Shown here: positions 25,098-34,633 of the stretch, piece by piece
Position numbering within the stretch: the first letter of the stretch is position 1
Layout: every line of letters begins with the position of its first letter
DNA from: a virus
DNA length: 64,000 bases
Strand: one strand, 5' to 3'
Virus record (IMG/VR): IMGVR_UViG_3300037475_000199
Location: 1 to 64,000 of that record
The notes under the pieces: generated by a model
Database searches by the model: none
Told to the model about the DNA's origin: nothing
The model's input: only the letters and a program-made list of their open reading frames with translations
Position numbers and translations under genes: made by a program

Positions 25098-26006
25098 ATG
25101 AATACGGCAGAACTAATTAAACAATTGCGTGAATTTACCCAAGCTGGGATGAAGGATTGTATTGATGCTTTAAAAGAATCTGGAAATGATTTAGAAAAAG
25201 CCATTGATATTATTAAAGTCAAAGGAAAAAACATTGTTTCTGGTCGTTCTGGTAGAATAGCATCAGAAGGTTTAGTGGTAATAAGATCATTACCATATAC
25301 AAATGCTATTGCTATGTTGGAAGTAAATTGTCAAACTGATTTCGTAGCTCGCAGCGAACAATTTCAATCATTAGCTAATATAGCTATGCAAGGCTTAGTT
25401 GTTGCAGTAACTAACAATCAAACATGGGATGGTAAAGACAATATAACTACTGCTGCTATTGAAAATGTAACTTCATCTACCAAAGAAAATATTGTTGTTC
25501 GTCGATGGTGGGTAGAAGAAGTAATTGATCCAACAGCCAAAGTATTTCATTATCTTCATAATGGAGATCAATTGGGAGTTATTCTTACTTTGCAAGCTCC
25601 TTCTGTTGAGGCGGCAAGCGACCCAAGATTTATTGCTCTTGGAAATGATTTAGCTATGCAAGTAGCCGCAATGAGTCCAGTAGCAATTTCAGCCGAGCAT
25701 GTATTGCCCGAGGTTAAAGAAAGGCAGCAAGCTATCTTTGAAACTCAATTAAAAGAAGCCAATAAACCAGAAACTGCCTGGGCAAAGATTTTAACTGGCA
25801 AGTTTAATAAGTGGTATTCTGAATCCTGTTTATTAGAACAGGAATCTGTGTTACATCCAAAATCTTCTGTTAAAGATGTTATTGCTTTAGTCTCTAAGCA
25901 GATTGGTGGAGATATTACTGTAGCTAATATGATTAGATGTCAAGTTGGTGAAGGTATAGTAAAAGAAAAAATTGGTTTAGCTGATGAAGTTGCAAAGTTA
26001 ATGTAA
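25098..26006 (+). CDS. tsf: translation elongation factor Ts (EF-Ts)
   Basis: N-terminal UBA-like LIKQLREFTQAGMKDCIDAL. Internal LEVNCQTDFVA is identical to the E. coli EF-Ts core motif. C-terminal RCQVGEGIVKEK compares with RFEVGEGIEK. Confidence 0.75.
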   Translation: MNTAELIKQLREFTQAGMKDCIDALKESGNDLEKAIDIIKVKGKNIVSGRSGRIASEGLVVIRSLPYTNAIAMLEVNCQTDFVARSEQFQSLANIAMQGLVVAVTNNQTWDGKDNITTAAIENVTSSTKENIVVRRWWVEEVIDPTAKVFHYLHNGDQLGVILTLQAPSVEAASDPRFIALGNDLAMQVAAMSPVAISAEHVLPEVKERQQAIFETQLKEANKPETAWAKILTGKFNKWYSESCLLEQESVLHPKSSVKDVIALVSKQIGGDITVANMIRCQVGEGIVKEKIGLADEVAKLM

Positions 26007-26332
26007 TGAATAATCCATCTAATCTAGAAGAAGCTTTTGTCCTATTAAAAGAAGATTTGTCAATCAAAGATCAAATTGAAATTTTAAATATGCAAAAAGA
26101 TGAATTATGTAGATTACATAATGGTTTAGGTAGATGGATTCGTAATAATTGGGACTTATGGAGTCATGGTTCCATGACTAAATTTTTTAATAACTTAGGT
26201 ATTCATCATGCAGATGATATGTCTGGAATTATTATAGAAAGTTTTTGGCATCATTTAAGGAATGAATCTTTAGATTTAGATAATCAAATTACTTACTATA
26301 AAGAGTTTTGGGCGTCACAGGAAAACAAATGA
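26006..26332 (+). CDS. hypothetical protein
   Basis: Its start overlaps the tsf stop. Confidence 0.4.
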   Translation: MNNPSNLEEAFVLLKEDLSIKDQIEILNMQKDELCRLHNGLGRWIRNNWDLWSHGSMTKFFNNLGIHHADDMSGIIIESFWHHLRNESLDLDNQITYYKEFWASQENK

Positions 26333-26688
26333 ATCATAAAAAATTATTAGAAGAAATGAAAGAAAGTATTGGAACTAGAGACCCTGTTATTTATTTTGAT
26401 AAATTAACAGATCTTTTATCTTCACTTTTTCAAAAATTAGAAAAAAATGAGGTAGAGCTAAAGAGATCTAAGTACCTTCTATCATTAGCAATTAATTGGG
26501 ATGCAAAAATTGCTTCGGCATATATTGCTTATCAAATTAATGAATTAAGAGAAAATAAAGATATATACTTTAATGAAATTTCTTTATTTAAAGAAGCATA
26601 TACAAAAGATTTAGTTACCCAAAACTCTAAAGATTTTTGTGATTTTTGGCAAAGTGTTTTGGGCTGGCACCCATTTTTAGGTTCTTAA
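26329..26688 (+). CDS. hypothetical protein
   Basis: ATGA overlap at 26329. Confidence 0.4.
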   Translation: MNHKKLLEEMKESIGTRDPVIYFDKLTDLLSSLFQKLEKNEVELKRSKYLLSLAINWDAKIASAYIAYQINELRENKDIYFNEISLFKEAYTKDLVTQNSKDFCDFWQSVLGWHPFLGS

Positions 26689-26885
26689 TGAATTATGTTG
26701 TTGAACCTAAAGCTGGTTATAATCTAACTACAATTTCTAATAAGCTTCATGCTATGAATATAGCACATATTATTATTGAAACTGATGAGGGTGTTCGTGT
26801 GATTAAAGCTGAACTTACCTTTAATGAAGTATGTGATTTGAAAGATATGGCTTACTGTATACATGAAGAATCAAATAACTTTTAA
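26688..26885 (+). CDS. hypothetical small protein
   Basis: TAATG overlap with the upstream gene. Confidence 0.3.
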   Translation: MNYVVEPKAGYNLTTISNKLHAMNIAHIIIETDEGVRVIKAELTFNEVCDLKDMAYCIHEESNNF

Positions 26886-26896
26886 GTATTTTTAAG

Positions 26897-27598
26897 ATGA
26901 GTAAAATTATTTTATCATTAGAAAATGATCTACAAAAATCTAGATCTTTATTGAGTGATGTTCGAGAAGATATTGGGATGATACAAATATCTTCTCAAAT
27001 GCTGTTGAAATATGGTGATGAAGCTTTGTCTTTAAGCAAAGAATTTTCTATTCCATTATTTTTAGATTTAAAATTAAATGATATGCCTTCTTCTGTTCAA
27101 GAAACTATTCATATATTAGGTCAGAAATTATCCGGATATCATTATCCTCATTTACTTTCAATCCATTGTTTTGGCGGGAAAAATATGTGTAAAACTGCTG
27201 TTAATGCTGCCGCAATATATGATATTGGTATTGTTGGTGTAGGCATTATGAATTCAATAGAAACAAGAGATCTATATTCTTTTGGTGGAAGAGATGGTCG
27301 AGTTGGTCCAAGATCTATAGAATTAAATTTAAGAGTTAGTAGAGAAGGTGGCGTTAAAAATTTTATGTGTGGGGCGGAACAAGTAAAGTTAACTAGACAA
27401 TATTTTAAAGACGCACAAATTATTGCTACTGGCATTAGAGAGCCTGGCGAAGATTTTAATGATCATTTAAGAGTAAAACCAATTAATTTTGCATTGAAAA
27501 ATGGAGCTAACTGGGTTTTGATTGGAAGACCTATTCATAATTTCTTTTCGCCACAACAAGCTGTAAGTAGACTAAAGTTGCAGTCTGATAGATACTAA
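26897..27598 (+). CDS. orotidine-5'-phosphate decarboxylase family protein (PyrF-like)
   Basis: LFLDLKLNDMPSSV compares with DlKfhDIpnTv. IHCFGG compares with the vHa.gG motif. C-terminal IGRPI compares with vGRpI. Confidence 0.5.
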   Translation: MSKIILSLENDLQKSRSLLSDVREDIGMIQISSQMLLKYGDEALSLSKEFSIPLFLDLKLNDMPSSVQETIHILGQKLSGYHYPHLLSIHCFGGKNMCKTAVNAAAIYDIGIVGVGIMNSIETRDLYSFGGRDGRVGPRSIELNLRVSREGGVKNFMCGAEQVKLTRQYFKDAQIIATGIREPGEDFNDHLRVKPINFALKNGANWVLIGRPIHNFFSPQQAVSRLKLQSDRY

Positions 27599-27621
27599 TA
27601 TTATTTCATTAAAGAAATTAC

Positions 27622-27697
27622 TCGGGAATAGATTAATAGGCAAATCTCCATACTCTGAATATGGTAAGTGTTGGTTCGAGCCCAACTTCCCGATCCA
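27622..27697 (+). tRNA. tRNA-Gln (CTG)
   Basis: U1:A72 acceptor, TCGGGAA pairing with TTCCCGA. D-arm GATTAATAGGCAAATC. Anticodon stem CCATA/TATGG with loop CTCTGAA. T-arm GTTGG-TTCGAGC-CCAAC. CCA present. Confidence 0.65.
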
Positions 27698-27715
27698 ACA
27701 AAGCATTAAATATTT

Positions 27716-28123
27716 ATGAAATCTATTGGTAAATTAATATATGAACCATCTAGCCACTTAGGATCAACCAAAAATTGGTTAGTTTTAATGTGTGATGATG
27801 AAATTGGCAAATATTATCGTCATTTATTTACTTTACAATATCCTTATTTAAATAATAATTATAATGGTAAATTAGCAAGACCTGTATTAGGATCTCACAT
27901 TAGTGTTGTAAGAGGAGAAAAAATTCAAAATTTGTATTTGTGTAAAAAAATAAATAACAAAATTATTGAATTTGAATATGATGGTGAGGTTAAAGATAAT
28001 TCAGAATATTTTTGGCTCAAGGTAAATTGCCCATTCTTGAATGATTTAAGAATTAATCTTGGATTATCTCCTATTCCAAAATTTGGGCTGCATCTTACAA
28101 TTGGTCGATCGACCAACTGTTAA
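27716..28123 (+). CDS. hypothetical protein
   Basis: ORF only. Confidence 0.4.
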   Translation: MKSIGKLIYEPSSHLGSTKNWLVLMCDDEIGKYYRHLFTLQYPYLNNNYNGKLARPVLGSHISVVRGEKIQNLYLCKKINNKIIEFEYDGEVKDNSEYFWLKVNCPFLNDLRINLGLSPIPKFGLHLTIGRSTNC

Positions 28124-28168
28124 AAGTATTATTTATCAAATAAATTAAACATTCAAGAAGAGTAATAA

Positions 28169-28855
28169 ATGTTAAACTTTCCGTCATTCAATTTATATTT
28201 AATTAGACATGGTCAATCTGAATCAAATGTTGATCCAGATAGAATGGGGCAAACTCCAGAGGTTCCATTAACAAGATTAGGAGAATCACAAAGTAATGCA
28301 TTAGGATCTAAATTAAGATCAGATGGTATTGTGTTTGATAGAATATTCTCTTCACCTTATACTAGGGCATTGTATACAGCACAAATTGTTAATTCATATT
28401 TTGGTAACCAAAATATTGTATTAGCTGATGATTTAAGAGAATATGATGCAGGTGATTGGAAAGGAACATCACGTAAAGAAACCGTAACTCCAGACATTAA
28501 ATTGTCAATGGGATACTTTACTAATGCTTTTGCTCCGCCCAATGGAGAATCATTAAATGCCGTTGAAAGAAGAGCTACTAAATGGCTAGATGATTTTATT
28601 ATGTTTAATAACGAAATCTTAACCCTTTCAGATAAAAAAATGTCTGACTCTAACAAGCCATTAGAGTTGGCTTGTTTTACTCATGGTATGACAATTAAAT
28701 GTTTACTGCATCATATTATGGGTTTTGATAAGAGTATAACTTGGAAAATTAGTGTAGATAATACATCTGTATCCAAGTTATCATTTGATCATGAAGGATG
28801 GAAAGTTCGCTATTTGAATAATTGTTCTCACTTAAGGGATAATTCATTTGCCTGA
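28169..28855 (+). CDS. histidine phosphatase (phosphoglycerate-mutase family)
   Basis: N-terminal LIRHGQSESN is the RHG catalytic motif. Confidence 0.55.
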   Translation: MLNFPSFNLYLIRHGQSESNVDPDRMGQTPEVPLTRLGESQSNALGSKLRSDGIVFDRIFSSPYTRALYTAQIVNSYFGNQNIVLADDLREYDAGDWKGTSRKETVTPDIKLSMGYFTNAFAPPNGESLNAVERRATKWLDDFIMFNNEILTLSDKKMSDSNKPLELACFTHGMTIKCLLHHIMGFDKSITWKISVDNTSVSKLSFDHEGWKVRYLNNCSHLRDNSFA

Positions 28856-29357
28856 AAGATCCAGAATAAAAAAAATTAGACAAAAAGTTATTGATCGTGA
28901 CGGGCTAATATGTTGTTATTGTGAAAATTTGTTATTGTTAACAGAAGTAACTATGGAACATATTGTTCCCATTTGTAAAAAGGGAACATTTAATACAACG
29001 AATTTAACTGTTGCATGTAAAGACTGTAATAATAAAAGAGACAATAAACCTTTTTTCAAATTTTGCAAAAACTTTAATTGGTCCACATCAAAAATAGATA
29101 AATATAGAAAATTATATTATAGTAATTTAAAAATTAAAATTCTTAATATTGCTAAAGAAAATTGTATTTCTGATATAGAAAAAGTAATTCCAGAAAATAT
29201 TATATCTCAATCTTGTTTGATTCTAAAAGTCAATCCTGCAAATTTTGATTCTTATTTTGCATTAGTTAGTATTTCTTCAAAAGAAACTTATACGCGGAAA
29301 GTGATAAAATTTTCTTTTGAAGAAATTATTAAAATAATTGAAAGCGAAACTCTTTGA
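28848..29357 (+). CDS. HNH endonuclease
   Basis: CCYCE...MEHIVP...NLTVACKDCNNKR is an HNH motif. Confidence 0.55.
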   Translation: MPERSRIKKIRQKVIDRDGLICCYCENLLLLTEVTMEHIVPICKKGTFNTTNLTVACKDCNNKRDNKPFFKFCKNFNWSTSKIDKYRKLYYSNLKIKILNIAKENCISDIEKVIPENIISQSCLILKVNPANFDSYFALVSISSKETYTRKVIKFSFEEIIKIIESETL

Positions 29358-29380
29358 TATAGTTGATGCAAGGAGTTTCA

Positions 29381-29665
29381 ATGAATATTAAACCAATTAG
29401 AGATTTAGTTGTTGTGACAAAAGAAGAAGGCGATAAAGTTTCCAGTGGAGGCATCCATTTAGTGGCAAGTGTAGATAAAGCTGCTGTAGGAACTGTTTTA
29501 GCTGTTGGATCAGGTTATGTTGCTGAAAATGGAACAATTGTTCCTTTAGAGGTTAAGGTTGGAGATCGAGTATCATTTAATAGACATGGTGTTCAAGAAG
29601 CTAGTGTTAATGGAGAAACTGTTTTGTTAGTTAGAGAAGATAGTCTTCTTTGTGTTATTAGTTAA
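29381..29665 (+). CDS. groES: co-chaperonin GroES (Hsp10)
   Basis: MNIKPIRDLVVV...GGIHL...GTVLAVGSG...VKVGDRVSF aligns along its whole length with bacterial GroES. ATG 29381 follows the AAGGAG Shine-Dalgarno. Confidence 0.7.
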   Translation: MNIKPIRDLVVVTKEEGDKVSSGGIHLVASVDKAAVGTVLAVGSGYVAENGTIVPLEVKVGDRVSFNRHGVQEASVNGETVLLVREDSLLCVIS

Positions 29666-29686
29666 TTATTAAATAATAAGTAATTC

Positions 29687-29715
29687 AAAAAGCCGCTTAT
29701 GCGGCTTTTTTATTT
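29687..29715 (+). terminator. intrinsic terminator
   Basis: AAAAAGCCGC-TTAT-GCGGCTTTTTTATTT hairpin and T-run. Confidence 0.7.
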
Positions 29716-29723
29716 GGTGTATT

Positions 29724-30314
29724 ATGAATTTTATAGATTGTGAATTTTGCGAAGATTGGAAACAAGAGAAAAAAATTAAGGAATCTTGTCCTTGTTGTGC
29801 TGGTCGTGGTAAAATTCAGAATCCTGAAGAACATTTATGCAATAATTGTGGGAGCAGAATGCACCCACCTAAATCAGATCCAAATTGGCAATTTCCTAAT
29901 GGTCTTAGTAGAGCAAAGGTTGTTGGAGATTATAGTTCTACACATTTAACAGATGATGTCATATATAGATTTTCTATTTGTGAATTTTGTTTAAGACTCA
30001 TGTTTAATAATTTTGTAATTCCTCCAGCCTTATCTGATAATAGGGCTGATGCTATTGAATTTGATTATAAGTTAGATAAAACAAATTATGAATATGAACA
30101 ATGGAGGCAGTCGGGCGGATTTTCTCAAGCTTATAAAAATAGAAAGTGTAATGCAGTTAAAGACTGTATAAATTCTGCTATTTATACTATACTTCATGGC
30201 AGTGATACTTTTGATGAAAAATGTGCTTGTGAAGAACATGTAAGTGAATATAGAAATTATAAATGGTATAAAATAGTTCCATTCATCCCAGATACACTAA
30301 AGGCATTTGTATGA
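29724..30314 (+). CDS. Cys-rich hypothetical protein
   Basis: Multiple CxxC motifs (CEFCEDW...CPCCAG...CNNCG). Confidence 0.4.
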   Translation: MNFIDCEFCEDWKQEKKIKESCPCCAGRGKIQNPEEHLCNNCGSRMHPPKSDPNWQFPNGLSRAKVVGDYSSTHLTDDVIYRFSICEFCLRLMFNNFVIPPALSDNRADAIEFDYKLDKTNYEYEQWRQSGGFSQAYKNRKCNAVKDCINSAIYTILHGSDTFDEKCACEEHVSEYRNYKWYKIVPFIPDTLKAFV

Positions 30315-30928
30315 AACAATATCCTTCAATAACTAAAGATGTTCGACAAGATACATATATTTATGCTTTTGATAAGTTAGATGGATCTAATATTAGAGCT
30401 GAATGGAATTATAAAAAAGGATTTTATAAATTTGGAAGTAGAACTCAGCTAATTGATTCCTCAAATAAACCTTTGGGAAAATCAATTAATTTGATTCAAG
30501 AAAAATATAGTGATGATTTAACAAGAATCTTTAAAGAACAACGCTATCAAGATGCTTTATGCTTCTTTGAATTCTATGGACCAAGCTCTTTTGCTGGATT
30601 ACATTCAGAAAACGAAGACCAAACAGTAATTCTGCTTGACGTCAACCCTTATAAGCAAGGCATAATGGAGCCAGAACAATTTATAAATTTGTTTGGCAGC
30701 CTAGACATACCTAAAGTCCTGTATCAAGGAAACGTAACAGCAGAGCTATTTGATAGCGTTAAACAGTCAACTTTAAAAGACATGACCCTGGAAGGCATTG
30801 TTTGTAAAGGAACTAATGACAAAAAAACTAAAATGCCAATTATGTTTAAAGTTAAATCTAATAAATGGCTAAATCTATTAAAAGAACACTGCAAAGGTGA
30901 TGAATCATTATTTACTAAATTAGCGTAA
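30311..30928 (+). CDS. RNA-ligase-like covalent nucleotidyltransferase (KxDGxN motif I)
   Basis: AFDKLDGSNIR is motif I. EFYGPSSFAG, EGIVCKG and FKVKSNKW resemble motifs III, IV and V of ATP-dependent RNA/DNA ligases. Confidence 0.45.
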   Translation: MKQYPSITKDVRQDTYIYAFDKLDGSNIRAEWNYKKGFYKFGSRTQLIDSSNKPLGKSINLIQEKYSDDLTRIFKEQRYQDALCFFEFYGPSSFAGLHSENEDQTVILLDVNPYKQGIMEPEQFINLFGSLDIPKVLYQGNVTAELFDSVKQSTLKDMTLEGIVCKGTNDKKTKMPIMFKVKSNKWLNLLKEHCKGDESLFTKLA

Positions 30929-31035
30929 ATAATACGTTTAATATCATTAAAGTGATAAAAAAGATAAATCATGATATGATCTATGAAATTTATGATATAT
31001 ACTCTGTTGAGGTTAATTAATTTAAGGAGACCCAG

Positions 31036-31935
31036 GTGTATATTCAAAATTCAAGTTACAGTGTAGATGTAGTTAGTCAATTGCCCGAATTCAAAAATAA
31101 GGCTTTAAAAAAATATGCTGTTGAAGGCATTGAAACTATTGGGGTTTGGGGCAATGAACCCTTCGAAATAAAATTTAAAAATAATACTTATGAAAGAGTT
31201 CAAATAAAAGTTTCTATTGATGGAACTGATATTTTAACAGGAGATGTTGCAGACACTACAGTTATTAAACAAATGTGGGTAGTTGAACCATTAGGCACTA
31301 TTACATTAAAGGCTTGGCCAGAAACTCAAAATGGTGGAGCTGAGTTTATATTTACTCATGCCGGAAATAGTGTAGCAGCTCATACTCATGGAGATATGAG
31401 TAGTCGTGGAATTATTGCTGTAGCTGTTTTTCGTGAAGGATATAAGGAACCAACAAGAATAGTTAATCATAATTATTGGGGCTGGGGTTATCCATATTAT
31501 GATTCTTGGACACTTGGTGGCAACCAAATTTATGGTGGCGGAGGCACTTTCAGTTCCAGTGGAACAATATTAACTTCCAATTGTGTAAATTCAAGTACGG
31601 CTGCAATGGATTCTATGAATGCTACAGTTGCTGATAATGAATCTTTATTTGAATCTGCTGCTGGAGTAGGCGCTGGGCAACATGTTGAACAAAAAATTAC
31701 TTATACTACAGGTTTAAAAGAACCTTATTTTGCTGAAACTATTAGAGTAAAGTATCTTTGGTGGGATGATTTATTAGCTAAACTAAAGGAAACTCACTCA
31801 GCAGTATCACATGCTTCAGGATTTCCTGGCGATCAACAAGAACTTATGAGCATTGGCTCTACTCCTAGAATTGGTGAATATAAAAAGGTTGCTTTTCCAA
31901 AAACTCAAACACAACCATCTTATGCAAGAATATAA
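31036..31935 (+). CDS. Gly/aromatic-rich hypothetical (structural?) protein
   Basis: GTG start 31036 after AAGGAG. Contains the tract YWGWGYPYYDSWTLGGNQIYGGGGTFSSSG. Confidence 0.4.
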   Translation: MYIQNSSYSVDVVSQLPEFKNKALKKYAVEGIETIGVWGNEPFEIKFKNNTYERVQIKVSIDGTDILTGDVADTTVIKQMWVVEPLGTITLKAWPETQNGGAEFIFTHAGNSVAAHTHGDMSSRGIIAVAVFREGYKEPTRIVNHNYWGWGYPYYDSWTLGGNQIYGGGGTFSSSGTILTSNCVNSSTAAMDSMNATVADNESLFESAAGVGAGQHVEQKITYTTGLKEPYFAETIRVKYLWWDDLLAKLKETHSAVSHASGFPGDQQELMSIGSTPRIGEYKKVAFPKTQTQPSYARI

Positions 31936-31954
31936 AATTTAACTATTATTAAAA

Positions 31955-31982
31955 GGAAGGCGCCAATTGGCGCCTTTTTATT
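31955..31982 (+). terminator. intrinsic terminator
   Basis: GGCGCCAATTGGCGCC palindrome followed by TTTTTATT. Confidence 0.7.
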
Positions 31983-32321
31983 ATGGAAGATATTTCAAAA
32001 TTAGAAAAAATAGAAATCTTATTTAAAGAATATGATTTTATGAAGTTGAAGCGCCGCACTTATTATGGTGGTGAATATAATAATGAAGCATTACACTTTT
32101 GTTTATTATTGAATCAATATGATACGGTAGATTCAATACAAGTTAAAGCTTGGGAAACTTTTTATAAATATTTTTGTACTGATGAGAGATTTTACAATCT
32201 TTATAAAAAAAAGATTGGTCTTGTTTTTAAAGATTCAAAAGAAGAAGCTATTAAAAAAATAGGTACAGTCGATAGCTTTTTAGAGTTTTCAAAAAAAGTT
32301 AAGGAAATATTAGATGGATAA
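31983..32321 (+). CDS. hypothetical protein
   Basis: ORF only. Confidence 0.4.
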   Translation: MEDISKLEKIEILFKEYDFMKLKRRTYYGGEYNNEALHFCLLLNQYDTVDSIQVKAWETFYKYFCTDERFYNLYKKKIGLVFKDSKEEAIKKIGTVDSFLEFSKKVKEILDG

Positions 32322-33411
32322 TTCAAAAGTTGCAGTAGGGTATGTGCCAGAAAAAATTTCCTATGTTTATTCTGCAGAACAAGAAGTTAATGTTGGGTGT
32401 GAATGGGATATTAATTGGGGATCCAATGTTAACGGTATAAAAGAAAAAGTTACTCCTGCGTTTCCTGTAGATTCTGTAGATGATAAAGGAATGTCTACAG
32501 CCAAAGCTTGGGCAAAAAATAACTATAGAAGAGCTCATTATCAAGATAAAACCGCGCCAACACCGCCTGAACCAATAATAGAAACCGTAAACAATGATTC
32601 TATTACGAATATTAAATTACTTTCAATAGAGCAAAGAAGTGGCGGCGGTCGTGCATATAAAGCATTAATTGATAAATTTTACGTAGATGTAAGAGAAGAT
32701 GTTGTCCTAGATACTATGCTTAAGTCTGGAGTTAGTCCAGGTGGAATTCTTAATGGTGAATTTGTGTGGGCAAAAGTTGGAGCCCAAATGAAATTAATCC
32801 GTAAAGGATCAGAAGTACATAGATTAATTATAGAGTTTTCATCTAAAAAAGATTTGAAACCAATAAAGAAGAAGACACTAGAGGTTGGAGGAGTTTATCA
32901 GACTCGTAAAAAAGAACCTGCCATTTTTATAGGGTATGTTGATTCCGTAAAATATTCTTGCCCAAGTAATATTACAAATACTTATTATTCTATGGCTCGA
33001 CTAAAAGATGATGAATATTTAAAATTTGAACAAGGACCAATTAAAAATTGCATGCTGTTCTATACATTATATAAGTTTCAAGAGTTAGAAAAAAACCTTA
33101 AAGAGATGGATGACTTTAATAATTATTATAGGTTTAATTTTAAAAAATCTCATAATTTTATTGAAAAAATAGATCAATTAGATTTAGGTAGTGATATTAT
33201 TGAGAGATTAAATGCAGCAACTTTAAAAAGTATAAAAACTAAATTTTTAGAATATGTTGGCAAGGTTCCTCCACCATCGGGGTACTCAAAAATTGATGCA
33301 TATGGTTTAGCATTAAAAATACAAGATTGTTCTGCTTATTTAAATATGTCTAAAACTGGTGAGCCTGCGAAAGAATTGTTTGATATTAAAAAATATCTTT
33401 TATTTACTTAA
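32314..33411 (+). CDS. hypothetical protein
   Basis: 365-aa ORF with no recognisable motif. Confidence 0.4.
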   Translation: MDNSKVAVGYVPEKISYVYSAEQEVNVGCEWDINWGSNVNGIKEKVTPAFPVDSVDDKGMSTAKAWAKNNYRRAHYQDKTAPTPPEPIIETVNNDSITNIKLLSIEQRSGGGRAYKALIDKFYVDVREDVVLDTMLKSGVSPGGILNGEFVWAKVGAQMKLIRKGSEVHRLIIEFSSKKDLKPIKKKTLEVGGVYQTRKKEPAIFIGYVDSVKYSCPSNITNTYYSMARLKDDEYLKFEQGPIKNCMLFYTLYKFQELEKNLKEMDDFNNYYRFNFKKSHNFIEKIDQLDLGSDIIERLNAATLKSIKTKFLEYVGKVPPPSGYSKIDAYGLALKIQDCSAYLNMSKTGEPAKELFDIKKYLLFT

Positions 33412-33425
33412 TTTATCTGTCGCTC

Positions 33426-33453
33426 TTGACAGTAATTTTAAAAAATGTATACT
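33426..33453 (+). promoter_or_regulatory. sigma70-like promoter (TTGACA-16-TATACT)
   Basis: Consensus hexamers upstream of natV/nadV. Confidence 0.45.
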
Positions 33454-33467
33454 AAGTGTAGAGGGTC

Positions 33468-33494
33468 TACTACTACTACTACTACTACTACTAC
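33468..33494 (+). repeat. (TAC)9 trinucleotide microsatellite in the natV 5' leader
   Basis: Nine perfect TAC units between the promoter -10 and the natV Shine-Dalgarno. Confidence 0.9.
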
Positions 33495-33576
33495 TTAAAC
33501 ATATGTTTGAATCTGTTATATAGGTTCATGTTCCCAGAGAGGGAACTTTATAATTTAGACAACATGGAGAATGTTA

Positions 33577-34590
33577 ATGAAAAATTTTGAATTTTGTGTA
33601 TTTATTGGTCAATTTAGTCCATTCCATAATGGTCAATCTGCTATTCTTCAAGAAGCTTTAAATCAAGCAGAAACAGTTATTGTTGTCCTTGGTTCAGCTA
33701 AAAAGGCAAGAAACATTGAAGTTTCATGGAATGTCGAGCAACGCATTGAGATGATTAAGTCAACTCTTTCTGTCGAAGATCAGGTTCGTATTAAATTTGT
33801 TCCATTACGAGATCACATTTATAGTGATACAATTTGGGTAACTGAATTATTAGAAAAAATGACTCCCATTTTAAATGGATCAAAGAATGTTTCTTTGGTT
33901 TGTAGAGAAAAGTATAATAAAGAATATCTTAAATTGTTCCCGCAATGGGAATTAATCCCAGTTAAAACTACTGAGCCGCATCATGATGCGGAAGATATTA
34001 GACATCGTTATTTTACATATGATACATCTTATTCTCGTTTCGTTCACGAAAATGTAGCTAAGATGATGAAAGAATTTCAAGACACTCCAATCTTTCAAAC
34101 CTTAAAAAGTGACTTTGATTATGTCAAGAAATATAAGGCAGCATGGGAAGGCGCCCCATTTAAACCAATCTTTGTTACAGTAGATGCTGTAATTGTTAAA
34201 TCTGGACACGTACTTTTAGTGAAGCGTAAGGGTAATCCTGGTAAAGGGCAAATGGCATTACCAGGTGGATTTTTAGATCAAGAAGAGCTAATTGAAGATG
34301 CTGTTTTAAGAGAAGTAAAAGAAGAGACTGCTATTAAAATGTCTAAAGATGAACTTCGAGCCTGCATTACATATTCTGAAGTTTTTGATGCCAAAAATCG
34401 TTCATTGCGTGGGAGAACAATTACTCACGCATTTTTAATTGATTTAGGTTCCGGAACCCTACCAAAAGTAAAAGGTTCTGATGATGCAGAAAAAGCTTTT
34501 TGGCTTCCTTTGAACGAAGTCAAGGACCGTGAAGATGAATTTTTTGAAGATCATTTTCACATTATTAGTTCATTCACAAACAAACTATAA
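33577..34590 (+). CDS. natV: bifunctional NMN adenylyltransferase / Nudix hydrolase (NatV/NadM-Nudix type)
   Basis: N-terminal GQFSPFHNGQ is the nucleotidyltransferase (H/T)xGH-like motif. Nudix box GGFLDQEELIEDAVLREVKEETA. ATG 33577 after GGAGA. Confidence 0.6.
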   Translation: MKNFEFCVFIGQFSPFHNGQSAILQEALNQAETVIVVLGSAKKARNIEVSWNVEQRIEMIKSTLSVEDQVRIKFVPLRDHIYSDTIWVTELLEKMTPILNGSKNVSLVCREKYNKEYLKLFPQWELIPVKTTEPHHDAEDIRHRYFTYDTSYSRFVHENVAKMMKEFQDTPIFQTLKSDFDYVKKYKAAWEGAPFKPIFVTVDAVIVKSGHVLLVKRKGNPGKGQMALPGGFLDQEELIEDAVLREVKEETAIKMSKDELRACITYSEVFDAKNRSLRGRTITHAFLIDLGSGTLPKVKGSDDAEKAFWLPLNEVKDREDEFFEDHFHIISSFTNKL

Positions 34591-34633
34591 TCTTTTCAGA
34601 GAGAAAAGAAGTTAACAATACGGAGAGTACGAA

